Positions 50,256 to 60,661 of a stretch of 64,000 bases of DNA are shown one piece after another (the stretch's first letter is position 1; each line of letters starts with the position of its first letter). The stretch covers positions 34,003 through 98,002 of IMG/VR virus record IMGVR_UViG_3300033148_007030. One strand, written 5' to 3'. Below the pieces are notes generated by a model. That model was not told where the DNA came from. It ran no database searches and saw nothing but the letters and a program-made list of their open reading frames with translations. The translations under genes were made by a program, and so were the position numbers. Source of the stretch: a virus.

Positions 50256-50302
50256 GGCCTTTTTCCTCCCCCGGTTTTAGATTAATTATTACTTGTATAT
50301 AA

Positions 50303-50330
50303 ATTATAAAAAATAAAAACTTAAAATCAA
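50303..50330 (-). promoter_or_regulatory. sigma70-like late promoter, class B copy 2
   Basis: TTGATT-TTAAGTTTTTATTTTT-TATAAT upstream of the scaffold gene. Confidence 0.65.
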
Positions 50331-50348
50331 AGAAAAAAATTAAGTTTA

Positions 50349-50540
50349 CTATTTTCCTGGTTTTTGTTTTTCTATTGGCTCAAAAACTATATCATTTTTT
50401 TGGCCTGGAAACTTTTTGGTATGATCAAAATTCCCTAATAAAATATCTTCTGGTATGCCATCAGGAAAAGCTTTACAAATAAATTTATCTGATTCATATT
50501 CCCATTTACAACTTATACATAATGGGTACTTAACTAACAT
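50349..50540 (-). CDS. small Cys-rich protein, putative partner/immunity of the MuF C-terminal peptidase
   Basis: C..C......C.AFPDGIP..I..G..DH; overlaps the MuF stop. Confidence 0.6.
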   Translation of the reverse strand: MLVKYPLCISCKWEYESDKFICKAFPDGIPEDILLGNFDHTKKFPGQKNDIVFEPIEKQKPGK

Positions 50541-53500
50541 TATCTATCTCCTTAAATAATTTTAACAAATCAGGGGACAATCTATTGTATTCTCCAGAAT
50601 AGTAAGCAGAAAAGCTCTCTGCAAAGAATTCTCTAACATTGTGTTTTGAATATTCACTCATAACATTCTGATAACCATCACCCCATGCCTTATTAGTAAC
50701 CCCCCATATTTTCTTATTATCAGAATGTTTATTCCAAATCCTATGCCCCATCTCATGTGCAGTAACTCCATCTGGGGTAAGGTTAGAATTGTATCTTATA
50801 TCCTTAGCTGTAAAATTTTCTGCTATTCTAAGTACGTCCTTATTAGCTTTGCTCCTTCGCAAAAATTCCAGCTTGCTTCCTAACTTATTTTTAGAAGTAT
50901 AATAGCTTTTAGCAGTTACATCATCCGAGAGCAGTTTTTTAGCATCAGTAAATTTATTTCTAAAAACAAGACCATATTCTTCTAAAGTCCTACTATTGTG
51001 AGCATACCCTCCTACATAGCCCTTAGGGTATCTAATATAAACCCCAATATTATCCGGATCTCCTAAATAACGCAATTTCTCCATCCCAAATCTTTTATTA
51101 ATATCCTGCACAGTGCGATTAATAGCATTTAATCCAGCTAAATTATAATTTTTCTTAAACTCAACCCTATCTGCTATATTGTTCTCTGCCCATATTTTAG
51201 CCGCATCAATAGTTTTTGCAGGAATAAATTTGAGGGACTCAGCCTCAACCTCCCCAAACCTCTCCTCTAACTGAGCTATTGTTAATGGTCGGCCTTTCTG
51301 ATTTACCATATCAGCCATGCTTAGTTTATTCTGTTTCCATAATCTAAATCGTCCAGGGCCAAGAACATCAATCTGAACTGCTTCTGGTTGAGTTAATAGC
51401 CAATCATTATATGACATTCCTCCGCTAACAGGTTTCCCAATCCCTAACAGCTTTTCATCATAGGTCATAGCAGCTCTTTGGGCAGGGGATAGTTTTTCGA
51501 GTTTACGAATTTTTGCTTTTGATATAGTTGATTTCGGGCCTGCTAAATCAGCAAAGCTCTTGAGTATAGGGATTACAGTTGATCTGCAATTATGAACAAC
51601 AAATCCTTTTGCCACATAACTTTCATCTTCTTCAACAGAAAAATTATAAAGTGTCCTGGCCCTTTTTAACTGCCACTTCTGTATAAACACAACTTCCATT
51701 TGAATAAACTTAAATTCACCTTTATGGTTACAAACAATATTACTAACTTCTTTTGATACTTCTTCTAGACATTCATTTATCTGATCCTCGCTATATCGTA
51801 ATACAAACCAACCTTCAGCCTCTATTTCCTTTTGTCTTAAATAATCCCTAGCTTTGTCCTTATCTTGATGCCAGTAATTACCATCTACCTCTATAGCAAT
51901 CTTCAAACTTGGAATAGCAAAATCCACAAAGAACTGTTTTATAGGGTACTGCTGTTCATAGAATATTCCGATTCCATCCAACAAGTCCTTAAATTTTCTT
52001 TCAAGAGAACTCATAAAACCCTTTTGAGCCATAATATAATTAGGATGTTTTTCTGGGTGTGCGAGTATAGTTTTCTTATATGAAGCTGTCATTCTCTTTC
52101 TAACTTCTGGGGTAAAGTTAGGATTACTTTTCTTCATTCTTTCTGAAGTTCCCTTATTCCTTTCTAAAGTGTGAGTACCTTTCATATACTCACTCCATCT
52201 TTCAAGATGTAATTGATGAACCAATACTCCTCTCTTAGCTTTCTCTCTTATTGTTTCATTCATCTTCTTAACTATTTCATTTCTATCTCTTGTACCATTT
52301 GCATATTCTCTATTTAGTTGAGCAGAAGCTAATTTAGACACATGCGATCGTCTTTCTGGGGTCCATTCCTTCCTAGAATGAACTTTACTTCTACAGGAAA
52401 GAGAACAAAACTTTCTATAGTAAGGAATCAATTTACCACAATACCCACACTCTGTTGCTAAAAAATGAATCTTTTCTCCTACTTGAATACCTTTTGCAAA
52501 CTTCCATTCAGTACCTACCAAAACAGGATGTTCCTCTGTCATGGTTAACCGTGACAACATATCATCTTTATTTTTCAAATTGATCTTAACAACATTCGGA
52601 GTTTGTTTAGGGGTGAAAATAAGTTCCTTTACCCTCCTAAAACGTCCTTTGTGAGTAAGAACTAAATCCCCAACTTTGATATACCTAATATGTTTCCATC
52701 CCTTAGAAGTAAAGATAGAGGTCTGGCCATCAATAAAGCATTGCCAATGGAGCGGGGGTCTCCTAAATAGTAATTTATGTCCTTTTGGTTTTAGTATTCC
52801 ATCTGTCTCAATCCACTGTTTCCCGTCGTATGCCCTACAAATTGGGGTGGTTCTTTTATCAAGAGTAGCGACAAATTCATAACCATTAATAAGATCTTTA
52901 TTTCCTTCATACATTGCCATTCTAGATTCGTTAGCAACCTGCATAACAGAAGTCCGAACCAAAGCAGTGGCATTCCGTTTACCCATATCCATAATACCAG
53001 GAGCTAAGGCAGTGCCCCTGATCCTACCTACCAATTCTTTTATTGATTCCCCTTTCACCATACCTAACTGAACTTGTTGGGTAGCATCAGCCATCTGTCT
53101 TGTGGCTCTTTTCTTGAAATCATCTTTCTGATCTCTCCACCAATCTCCTATAACCTGGCCATCAACCATTGTATTATCTGCAATGGCTTTCAATCCTTCT
53201 TGGGTCAATGTCACATTAGCTAACTGAGCACCAATCACTCCGTTCAAATGAGCAACCGTTTCTTTGCCAGTAAACATTGAGATCTGTTCCATCTCCTTAC
53301 GAGACTCTTTTGCTATCTTGGCGTAATTGGTATCAACAATTCCATCAATAGATTTTTGTAGGTTCCTAAGTCTTCTCTTTCTCCATTGAGCTATTGGTAC
53401 TCTGGATTCCTGTTTTACTATCTCAGAAAGAATTTCATCTTGGGTGTCATTTAAAATCTTAAATACTTTTCTTTTCACACTCTCAGAATACCGTTCCAGA

Positions 53501-53556
53501 TTAACAGTAGATTTTAGCTGAAGATCCAAAAACTTTTGGGTTGCTGATTTAGCCAT
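50530..53556 (-). CDS. MuF/SPP1 gp7-like head morphogenesis protein with intein and C-terminal zincin metallopeptidase
   Basis: ATLDKRTT.IC..YDG, PPLHWQ|intein|CRS; AHEMGH and SEYS....EFFAESF. Confidence 0.9.
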   Translation of the reverse strand: MAKSATQKFLDLQLKSTVNLERYSESVKRKVFKILNDTQDEILSEIVKQESRVPIAQWRKRRLRNLQKSIDGIVDTNYAKIAKESRKEMEQISMFTGKETVAHLNGVIGAQLANVTLTQEGLKAIADNTMVDGQVIGDWWRDQKDDFKKRATRQMADATQQVQLGMVKGESIKELVGRIRGTALAPGIMDMGKRNATALVRTSVMQVANESRMAMYEGNKDLINGYEFVATLDKRTTPICRAYDGKQWIETDGILKPKGHKLLFRRPPLHWQCFIDGQTSIFTSKGWKHIRYIKVGDLVLTHKGRFRRVKELIFTPKQTPNVVKINLKNKDDMLSRLTMTEEHPVLVGTEWKFAKGIQVGEKIHFLATECGYCGKLIPYYRKFCSLSCRSKVHSRKEWTPERRSHVSKLASAQLNREYANGTRDRNEIVKKMNETIREKAKRGVLVHQLHLERWSEYMKGTHTLERNKGTSERMKKSNPNFTPEVRKRMTASYKKTILAHPEKHPNYIMAQKGFMSSLERKFKDLLDGIGIFYEQQYPIKQFFVDFAIPSLKIAIEVDGNYWHQDKDKARDYLRQKEIEAEGWFVLRYSEDQINECLEEVSKEVSNIVCNHKGEFKFIQMEVVFIQKWQLKRARTLYNFSVEEDESYVAKGFVVHNCRSTVIPILKSFADLAGPKSTISKAKIRKLEKLSPAQRAAMTYDEKLLGIGKPVSGGMSYNDWLLTQPEAVQIDVLGPGRFRLWKQNKLSMADMVNQKGRPLTIAQLEERFGEVEAESLKFIPAKTIDAAKIWAENNIADRVEFKKNYNLAGLNAINRTVQDINKRFGMEKLRYLGDPDNIGVYIRYPKGYVGGYAHNSRTLEEYGLVFRNKFTDAKKLLSDDVTAKSYYTSKNKLGSKLEFLRRSKANKDVLRIAENFTAKDIRYNSNLTPDGVTAHEMGHRIWNKHSDNKKIWGVTNKAWGDGYQNVMSEYSKHNVREFFAESFSAYYSGEYNRLSPDLLKLFKEIDNVS
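51589..52740 (-). mobile_element. 384-aa intein with a DUF559/Vsr-like endonuclease
   Basis: Starts CFIDGQT...IKVGDLVLTH, block B T.EHP, ends YNFSVEEDESYVAKGFVVHN|C; contains VDF......IAIEVDG.YWH. Confidence 0.92.
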
Positions 53557-53797
53557 TATACATACCTTTTGATAGTATGTTAAGTTTGTCTATTTTACGT
53601 ACTATAGTCACTTTCCTCCTATTTATTTTGACTTTCTTTTCCACAATTTCTTTCTTGATACTTTGATTTGTTTCAATTTCTCTTCCTGCCCCAAAACATT
53701 GATCCCGTTCTTCTTTGTTTAGTACATGAAAACACTCAGCGCAATAAACCACTCCTCCATCTCTTGTTAATACTCCTTTGCATTTAGGGCATGGCAT
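53549..53797 (-). CDS. small Zn-ribbon protein
   Basis: CPKC...CAEC. Confidence 0.55.
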   Translation of the reverse strand: MPCPKCKGVLTRDGGVVYCAECFHVLNKEERDQCFGAGREIETNQSIKKEIVEKKVKINRRKVTIVRKIDKLNILSKGMYNG

Positions 53798-54249
53798 TAA
53801 ATTTTCCTTCCTTCCTTTTACTCAACACTGGTCTTGTCCTGATATAATGTACTTGACTCATAGTAAGCCCTAACCTCTCTGCAATGATATTCGTTTTATA
53901 CCCTTGCTTAATTAATTCCTTAATTCGTTCTTTTTTAGATTCTGATATCATAATTTATATTTTAAACAAATTCAGGATACATCCCAAATACCTCTACAAT
54001 CCTTTTCTTTATCGCCTCTGCAAAAACTTTATCAAATACCCCATTATTGACAAATTTCCATAACAAATAATTAACTATGCTAAACTCAAGATCTATAAAT
54101 GCATCCATATCTTTTCCTCCTTGCCCTGGAATATAATCATTAATAAAGTAATCATACTGCTTTTCTTGGCTGCTTTTCTTGGCTCATCTTCATAAAATTA
54201 TCCCAGTCCAATCCCAGTTCATCCAATATTTTCTGTTTCTGTTTTCCCA

Positions 54250-55653
54250 TTATCCCACCTCCTCCTCAAATGGGACAACCCCTTCAGCCTCTAACATATC
54301 CTTTTCATCCTCTACCGTTCTATCCTTTGGTAATATTTCTCCTTGTTTCAAATTCCACAAGAATGTTTCTATTGAAATTTTCCCTGCTTGAACTGCTTGT
54401 AATAAAGAAGTAACATCCTGAGGACTGAGACGAGAAGAAATAAAATCTTTGTTAAGTTCTAACTTTGTCTCCTCTCCATCCTTACCTACCCATACAGACA
54501 TATCATTTAACACATTCACAAACCCATTTTCCGCGCTGCCTACCACGGTTATCAAAGTAGCAGACTCATCCGCAGAACGCATATGTAAAGCTTCAGAGGA
54601 TTCAACTCCTTTCTTTTTATGCTCTAAAAGACGGGCACCCATCACAGCCATTTGTTCTTCTAATCTATCTAATGCCTTTTCAACAGCGGTTAACCCCTGG
54701 CCAGTAAACTCTAAAATACCTGCCTTCGCATTTACATTAGATGAAATCAAAGCTTTGGAAGGGCCTATTGTAAACGATTTCTTATCCTTCTTGTCAGTGA
54801 CCCCAAAGAAATATGGAGTGGGCAAAGCACACCAATGTAATCCATGATAATAATCCGCTGTTACTTGCCAATGTTTTATGTTTAAATTTGCTAAATCTTG
54901 AAGGGGGGGTTTCGGGGGAGCAGGTTCATTGTTAACAGCTCCAAAAAATGTAAAAGGTATGTGTTGCAATCTAACTCCTCGAACAGCAGGCATAGCGTCT
55001 ATTACATCTTTAGTAACTTCTATCTGAGCCCACTCATCCTTTACACCAGTAGTATTGACCCTCTGATATAACCTAACTACCAACCCGCTGTCTTCTATGG
55101 AAAGAATCCGTATTTGTTGGACAATATTAGTTTCGTACTCATCCCCAAGATCAGGATTCGTTACCTCTTCCAACAAAACAAGAAGCGTCAACACATTACG
55201 ATCACCAATCTTAGTTATCTGATAATTTAAAATATTAAATGCGCTGTACAAAGCCATGTAAGGTCTTTCGCCATCTTTCTCAGGCATATCCACCAATATT
55301 CCATAATACCCATATTCAATTATATTTGTTACGCATGTCCTAACTACGCTAGTAAAAGATAACCCTGATAATGTACAATCAGATAAATAATTTTCAATAA
55401 TTGAATTTACTTCCACTACAGGATCTCTTCGCATAATAGCTCCAGTCAATCCTTTAACTGTTCTATCATAGGCATTAAAAAAAGTACCCCTATCTCTATA
55501 TGCATTATATTCTTTTTGGGTCTGCCCACTAAGCTTAGGAAGATAATCCGTTCCAGCGGCCTTAATCGTTTCCTCCCCTGCAATGATGTCCCGTATCTTA
55601 TCCCAAATTGATTCCCTTTGTAAATACACTTGACTTTTACTATCTACAGGCAT
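54250..55653 (-). CDS. portal protein (DUF4055 type)
   Basis: YLP.L.......Y.AY..R, IPF.F.G, PPL.DLA.LN..H.Q..ADY..GLH....PTP, GARLL. Confidence 0.9.
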   Translation of the reverse strand: MPVDSKSQVYLQRESIWDKIRDIIAGEETIKAAGTDYLPKLSGQTQKEYNAYRDRGTFFNAYDRTVKGLTGAIMRRDPVVEVNSIIENYLSDCTLSGLSFTSVVRTCVTNIIEYGYYGILVDMPEKDGERPYMALYSAFNILNYQITKIGDRNVLTLLVLLEEVTNPDLGDEYETNIVQQIRILSIEDSGLVVRLYQRVNTTGVKDEWAQIEVTKDVIDAMPAVRGVRLQHIPFTFFGAVNNEPAPPKPPLQDLANLNIKHWQVTADYYHGLHWCALPTPYFFGVTDKKDKKSFTIGPSKALISSNVNAKAGILEFTGQGLTAVEKALDRLEEQMAVMGARLLEHKKKGVESSEALHMRSADESATLITVVGSAENGFVNVLNDMSVWVGKDGEETKLELNKDFISSRLSPQDVTSLLQAVQAGKISIETFLWNLKQGEILPKDRTVEDEKDMLEAEGVVPFEEEVG

Positions 55654-55663
55654 GTTGACCTCC

Positions 55664-56125
55664 TTAATTCCAAAATGTTTTTCTTATACTCATACTTGGG
55701 CAAAGATAAATATTTCCTATTTCCTTATCTTTTGCCCATTTACCTTCATTGCTTATATGATCCACTTTATAAGTTTTACAGCCAAAATAAAACCCACATT
55801 GATTGCCTCTTTTACCAAAGGAAATAGAAATAAAGAAAGTTGGAATGATTGGAATTCTAATAACAAACCATTGATTGCCAGAAGTCCAAGGATTTTCAAG
55901 AGGCCATCTCCAAAACTTTCTAACTGGTCTCAATACAGAACCTATACTAATATCAATCTTAATTCCCCCAAACGTATTCCTGACAAATTGCTGTAATCCA
56001 GTAACAGGGCTAACCTCTGAAGCAATTGGTCGTATCTGTCTAAAAGCCTGCTGACCCAAATAAACAGATGGAAGCATTTTATCATTAAGACCTATTTCAA
56101 GACTTATCCCTTTTGGTTGTTTCAT
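55664..56125 (-). CDS. hypothetical protein
   Basis: 153-aa ORF. Confidence 0.5.
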   Translation of the reverse strand: MKQPKGISLEIGLNDKMLPSVYLGQQAFRQIRPIASEVSPVTGLQQFVRNTFGGIKIDISIGSVLRPVRKFWRWPLENPWTSGNQWFVIRIPIIPTFFISISFGKRGNQCGFYFGCKTYKVDHISNEGKWAKDKEIGNIYLCPSMSIRKTFWN

Positions 56126-56129
56126 ATCA

Positions 56130-57194
56130 TTACTCCTTTAATATATTTACAATCCTTTCAGCCGTTTTTCCATCCAACAAACTATTCGTAAACGGAATGG
56201 CTTTTACCTTATTATATAATACTCTATTGGCTTCACTCAAGATATATTCTTTATTAGTACCAACAAGAGTATTAATCCCTTTCGCCAAAGTAAATTCATG
56301 CTCAGTGTTATACCGCATAGTTAAACAAGTTGTTCCTACTATAGCAGCCTCAACCTGAACTCCTCCTGAATCCGTTATAACAAGTTTAGCATTTTTCAGG
56401 TATTTTATAAACTTTAAATAATTCATTGGTTCTGTAAATACCATATCCTTGGTTAGTTTCAAATAATTTTCGAATCCAAATTCTTCTATTCGTTTCTTGG
56501 TTCTTGGGTGAAGAGGAACGATAACAGGTATATCCTTTGATAGTTCTTTAAGAGCTTCCAGAATTGATTGTAAAGATTCTTTATTATCCACATTCGATTG
56601 ACGGTGAAATGTTGCTAACACGAACGGGCTATCAGGAGCATAAATCTTTCCTGTATAAAGAATATAATGTAACAAAGTATCAGCCATTGCATTACCAGTA
56701 ACATATATCTTTCTATGATCAATTCCTTCATTGGTAAGATTTCTAACATCACTATGAGTATTACAAAAACAATAATCGGATATTTGGTCTGTTAGAACTC
56801 TATTAATCTCCTCCGGCATTGATCGATCAAAACTTCTACAACCTGCTTCTATATGAGCTACTTTAATACCTCTACGAGTTGCGGTTAAAGCACAAGCTAA
56901 TGTAGAATCCACATCCCCTACAACCATAACGATATCCGGATTCTGTTGCCGAAGTATGTTATCAAATGAATCCATCATACTTCCTATAGATCCATAACCA
57001 CTAGAACACATATCAAGATTAACATCTGGTTCTGGGATATTTAATCCTTCAAAGAACGACTGAGACATATTCCAATCATAATGCTGTCCGGTATGAACGA
57101 GATAATACTTTATATCTGTTTCTTTCAATACTCGTATTATCGGTTCTATTTTTATGAAGTTAGGTCGTGCTCCTACTGCTATTAGTATTTTCAT
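56130..57194 (-). CDS. non-hydrolysing UDP-GlcNAc (or diNAc-uronate) 2-epimerase, WecB/WbpI-like
   Basis: GARPNFIK, HTGQHYD, VVGDV.ST, HIEAG.RS, MPEEINR, T.HR.SN, TDSGG.Q.EA. Confidence 0.92.
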   Translation of the reverse strand: MKILIAVGARPNFIKIEPIIRVLKETDIKYYLVHTGQHYDWNMSQSFFEGLNIPEPDVNLDMCSSGYGSIGSMMDSFDNILRQQNPDIVMVVGDVDSTLACALTATRRGIKVAHIEAGCRSFDRSMPEEINRVLTDQISDYCFCNTHSDVRNLTNEGIDHRKIYVTGNAMADTLLHYILYTGKIYAPDSPFVLATFHRQSNVDNKESLQSILEALKELSKDIPVIVPLHPRTKKRIEEFGFENYLKLTKDMVFTEPMNYLKFIKYLKNAKLVITDSGGVQVEAAIVGTTCLTMRYNTEHEFTLAKGINTLVGTNKEYILSEANRVLYNKVKAIPFTNSLLDGKTAERIVNILKE

Positions 57195-57197
57195 TTA

Positions 57198-58384
57198 TTA
57201 CCCTTTCCTTTTTGTACCTCTACCTTGTCCACCACCTTTACCTTGTCCCGGACCTCCGTTCTTACATCCTCCAGTATTCTTACCTTGTCTTTGTCCTCCT
57301 GCTCTACCTACTCCTCCTCCAGTTCCATTCTGAGGTCGTTTAAGTCCCCTTGGGTTTGTTTTATTCATTTCATTTACCTCCCCATCTAAATTTAATTGTT
57401 TGTAACAATCCTCACAAATCATAACTACCCCTGAATCAGTTTGATCATCAAGTACTTCATAAGTAGCTGGTTTATTTTGACAATATTCACATAGCCCCAT
57501 TATTTTTCTCCTTTTCTTCCTCCCTTTATCGTAAAATCCATTTACCATCGTCACTAAAACTTTCTGTTTGCTTAGGTTTTATAACTTTTACAGACGTTCT
57601 TTTAAATTCAACGATCTCAATTATAACAGATTTTGGAATGGATGTTACTTTTCTAGCTCGTTTATCTTCAAACACTTCCCCAGCGATAGATATATATTTA
57701 TCTGTTTCTATTATCACCTGCCCATAGATCCATCCAGTATAAGGTTTAAAACTACCATCCTCTATTCTATAACCAGCAGAATCATCCCAAAATCCCCAAT
57801 CAATAGCTTTTATTTTAACCAATCTTTCATTCTTGATTATTGTCATTCGATACCTCCTTTGATTTTAATAAATTAGTACTCCTCGGTAATACTGATATTT
57901 TACCACAAATAACGCACTCAAACTCCTTTACTTTTGTCCAATCCTTTGAGCCAAGTTTTACATAGAAAGAATTCGATTTACAATTATGACACCTCAATAT
58001 ATATTCCGTATCTGGAAATTTTACCAACTCTCCCATAACTGACCCCCTACCCCCCAAGGCATCTTTTCACCGTAATTCGGAATCACTATTTTCTCCACCC
58101 AAATCAGGGAAATGTTCTTGTAATTCGTCTACCGTGAGATATTTTCTTGCAAAATCTTCTATACTTATTGTTGGAAAAGGTAGTATATCTATAAGATGAT
58201 TCTTTCTACAAACTTCGGTAGAACAACTATTAGGATTACACTTATAACAACTTGTATAATAACCATGCTTCGGACACCAAGATTCATACGCAATAAACGA
58301 CCCGTCTCCATCTTCAAGTACTATCTTCTCTTTACAATCACATGATTCCATCACTTCAACAAACCTCCTTTCCGTCTGCACCAA
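57198..58384 (-). CDS. four small hypothetical proteins (Zn-ribbon and Gly-rich types)
   Basis: ORF track. Confidence 0.5.
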
Positions 58385-59070
58385 TATTCACAACTATCAA
58401 CAATCGAACACGGCCATAAATCTGCGGGTGGATGCTTTTGATGAACTGCTTTTACCTCATCTAGGAATATTGGTTGTAACCCTTTTTCCTTTATCTTTTG
58501 CTGAACTATAACGTCGCAACATCTATAATCGAAATCTATCTTAATCATATCATCCTTTGTCATAGCTCCCAAGAATAATAACCAATCTCCTCCCGGCCTG
58601 TCTTTACCAGAATAGATATGAATACCTTGAACTTGATCCCAATTCTTGATAAAAGTTTTGGTTGTGTCACCATACAAGATATCATGTTGATAAAGTTTAT
58701 CCCCAACAGAAATATTCTTAACAGTGGCCATAGAAAAGAACCCTGGTTTAACTGCATCGCATAAATTCTGAATAACTGAATTTCCTAAATACATAACATC
58801 ACTGGACTGGATTATCACAATATCAGAATCCTCGGACATCAATTCACAGCAAATAGATTGAAAATATGGTAATCCTACATGCTTCTCTAATCGTTTGTAT
58901 TTGGCATCAGGAACAAACTTCTTGATAATAGGTTCAGGATCTACGTCCGAACAGTCATCTACCACACAAACCTCAACAGGAAAAGTGGTTTTCTGCTGTG
59001 ATATCGAGTAAAGTGTATTTGGTAAACATTCATTCTTATTGTATGTCGCTAATAGTATGCTTGCTTTCAT
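58351..59070 (-). CDS. GT2 glycosyltransferase
   Basis: [21 protein letters not shown]. Confidence 0.8.
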   Translation of the reverse strand: MKASILLATYNKNECLPNTLYSISQQKTTFPVEVCVVDDCSDVDPEPIIKKFVPDAKYKRLEKHVGLPYFQSICCELMSEDSDIVIIQSSDVMYLGNSVIQNLCDAVKPGFFSMATVKNISVGDKLYQHDILYGDTTKTFIKNWDQVQGIHIYSGKDRPGGDWLLFLGAMTKDDMIKIDFDYRCCDVIVQQKIKEKGLQPIFLDEVKAVHQKHPPADLWPCSIVDSCEYWCRRKGGLLK

Positions 59071-60068
59071 TGTTTTTTACCTCCTTATCTTTTAGAAATT
59101 GAACTTCACTTAATACCAACAATCCATCAACCTCATAGAAAACTCCTTGTAATTTTAGTGTTTGAAAAGCATATGTTGTATATCTTACTCCCCCATCAGT
59201 AATATAAGGTCTTCTGACTTTAGCCCCTTTACTAAGCTGTACTTTTTTAATTTCTATTTCTTTCATTCTTTCATCTCCTTTTTATCTACTTCATTCATTA
59301 AATCTTTCATCTTTCCAATAGTAAACCCAATAAAATGACTAACCATACTATCTTCATATATAGCATCCAATATTTCACGTTTCCGAAAAGACATTTCACA
59401 ACCAAGATTCTCTCCTCTGTACCTTATACTTACCCTTATACACAAATCGGTATCAATCATAAAACACCAAACACTACAATCGTGTCTTAACTCTGCTTTA
59501 AGTCTTCCAACGAAACTAGATATACCTCGCAACATACTATTTCTATAACGTTCTTGTATATCTCTTTCTATATTTGGTAAAGCCGCCTCAATCTGTTTAT
59601 CTACCCAAGATGGGCTACTTCTAAACCAATCCCACTTATGTTGAATAGCTAATCCCCAACGAACAAAATAATTGATAGGAATAAGATAGAACACACTTCT
59701 ACGTATCATGTAATTCTCATAAGCCAAACCATAGTAAAATGGTGGTAAGACTTCCCCTAGTTTTCTTTCCCATTTAAACATAATACCTCCTAATAAGAAC
59801 TATCATTAGCCTCTCTAATATACTCCTCTATCGTAGCCCCCATAACTCTGAGCATTCCTAAAAGATAGATACAAGATTTCTCCCCAAACCAAAACTTCTT
59901 ATTCTCCCCAGTAAATCCTTCTATCTCTTTCCCTTTTTCATAATCGCAGTCATAAATACAAATGAAGTTATTTAACCTTTCCTCTTTATAAGCCTGCTTT
60001 AATTCCTCTAAAAACTCAAAGAAAGGTTCTTGCTCTGGAAATTTGATTACCTTATTTGTTTGTTTCAT
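59036..60068 (-). CDS. three hypothetical proteins
   Basis: ORF track. Confidence 0.5.
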
Positions 60069-60661
60069 ATATTGTTCCTTTCTTCAACCACTATTTTTTC
60101 TGACCTAAGCCATTTATACTTTCTTTTACATGACATGCATTCTGCCCTATCTCCTTCGAATGTAAGTCGCATGCCACATTCGCACATCCATCCCTTATGT
60201 TCTGCTGGGTTACCTACCATTAAAGCATAGTCTGGTACATCTGTACGCACAACCGCCCCTGCTCCAATAAACGCAAAGTTTCCAATAGTAATACCACAAA
60301 CAATAGTAGCATTAGCTCCGATAGTTGCTCCTTTTTTGACAAGGGTCGGTCGAAGTTCATCCATCCTACTGATTGCTCCTCTTGGATTGTGGACATTGGT
60401 AAAAACCATTGAAGGCCCACAAAATACTGCATCTTCAAGAGTCACGCCTTTATACACTGATACATTATTTTGAATCTTGCAGTTGTCACCTATGACTACA
60501 TCTTCACCAACAAACACATTCTGACCTATGACACAATTACCCCCTATTTGCGCACTGCCCATTATATGAGAGAAATGCCAAATCTTCGTTCCTTTACCTA
60601 TAACAGCCCCCTGGTCAATACAAGCACTCCTATGCATTTTATCCATTACGTATTTCCTCAC
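60065..60661 (-). CDS. hexapeptide N-acetyltransferase, WbpD/WlbB-like
   Basis: [46 protein letters not shown]. Confidence 0.92.
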   Translation of the reverse strand: MRKYVMDKMHRSACIDQGAVIGKGTKIWHFSHIMGSAQIGGNCVIGQNVFVGEDVVIGDNCKIQNNVSVYKGVTLEDAVFCGPSMVFTNVHNPRGAISRMDELRPTLVKKGATIGANATIVCGITIGNFAFIGAGAVVRTDVPDYALMVGNPAEHKGWMCECGMRLTFEGDRAECMSCKRKYKWLRSEKIVVEERNNI

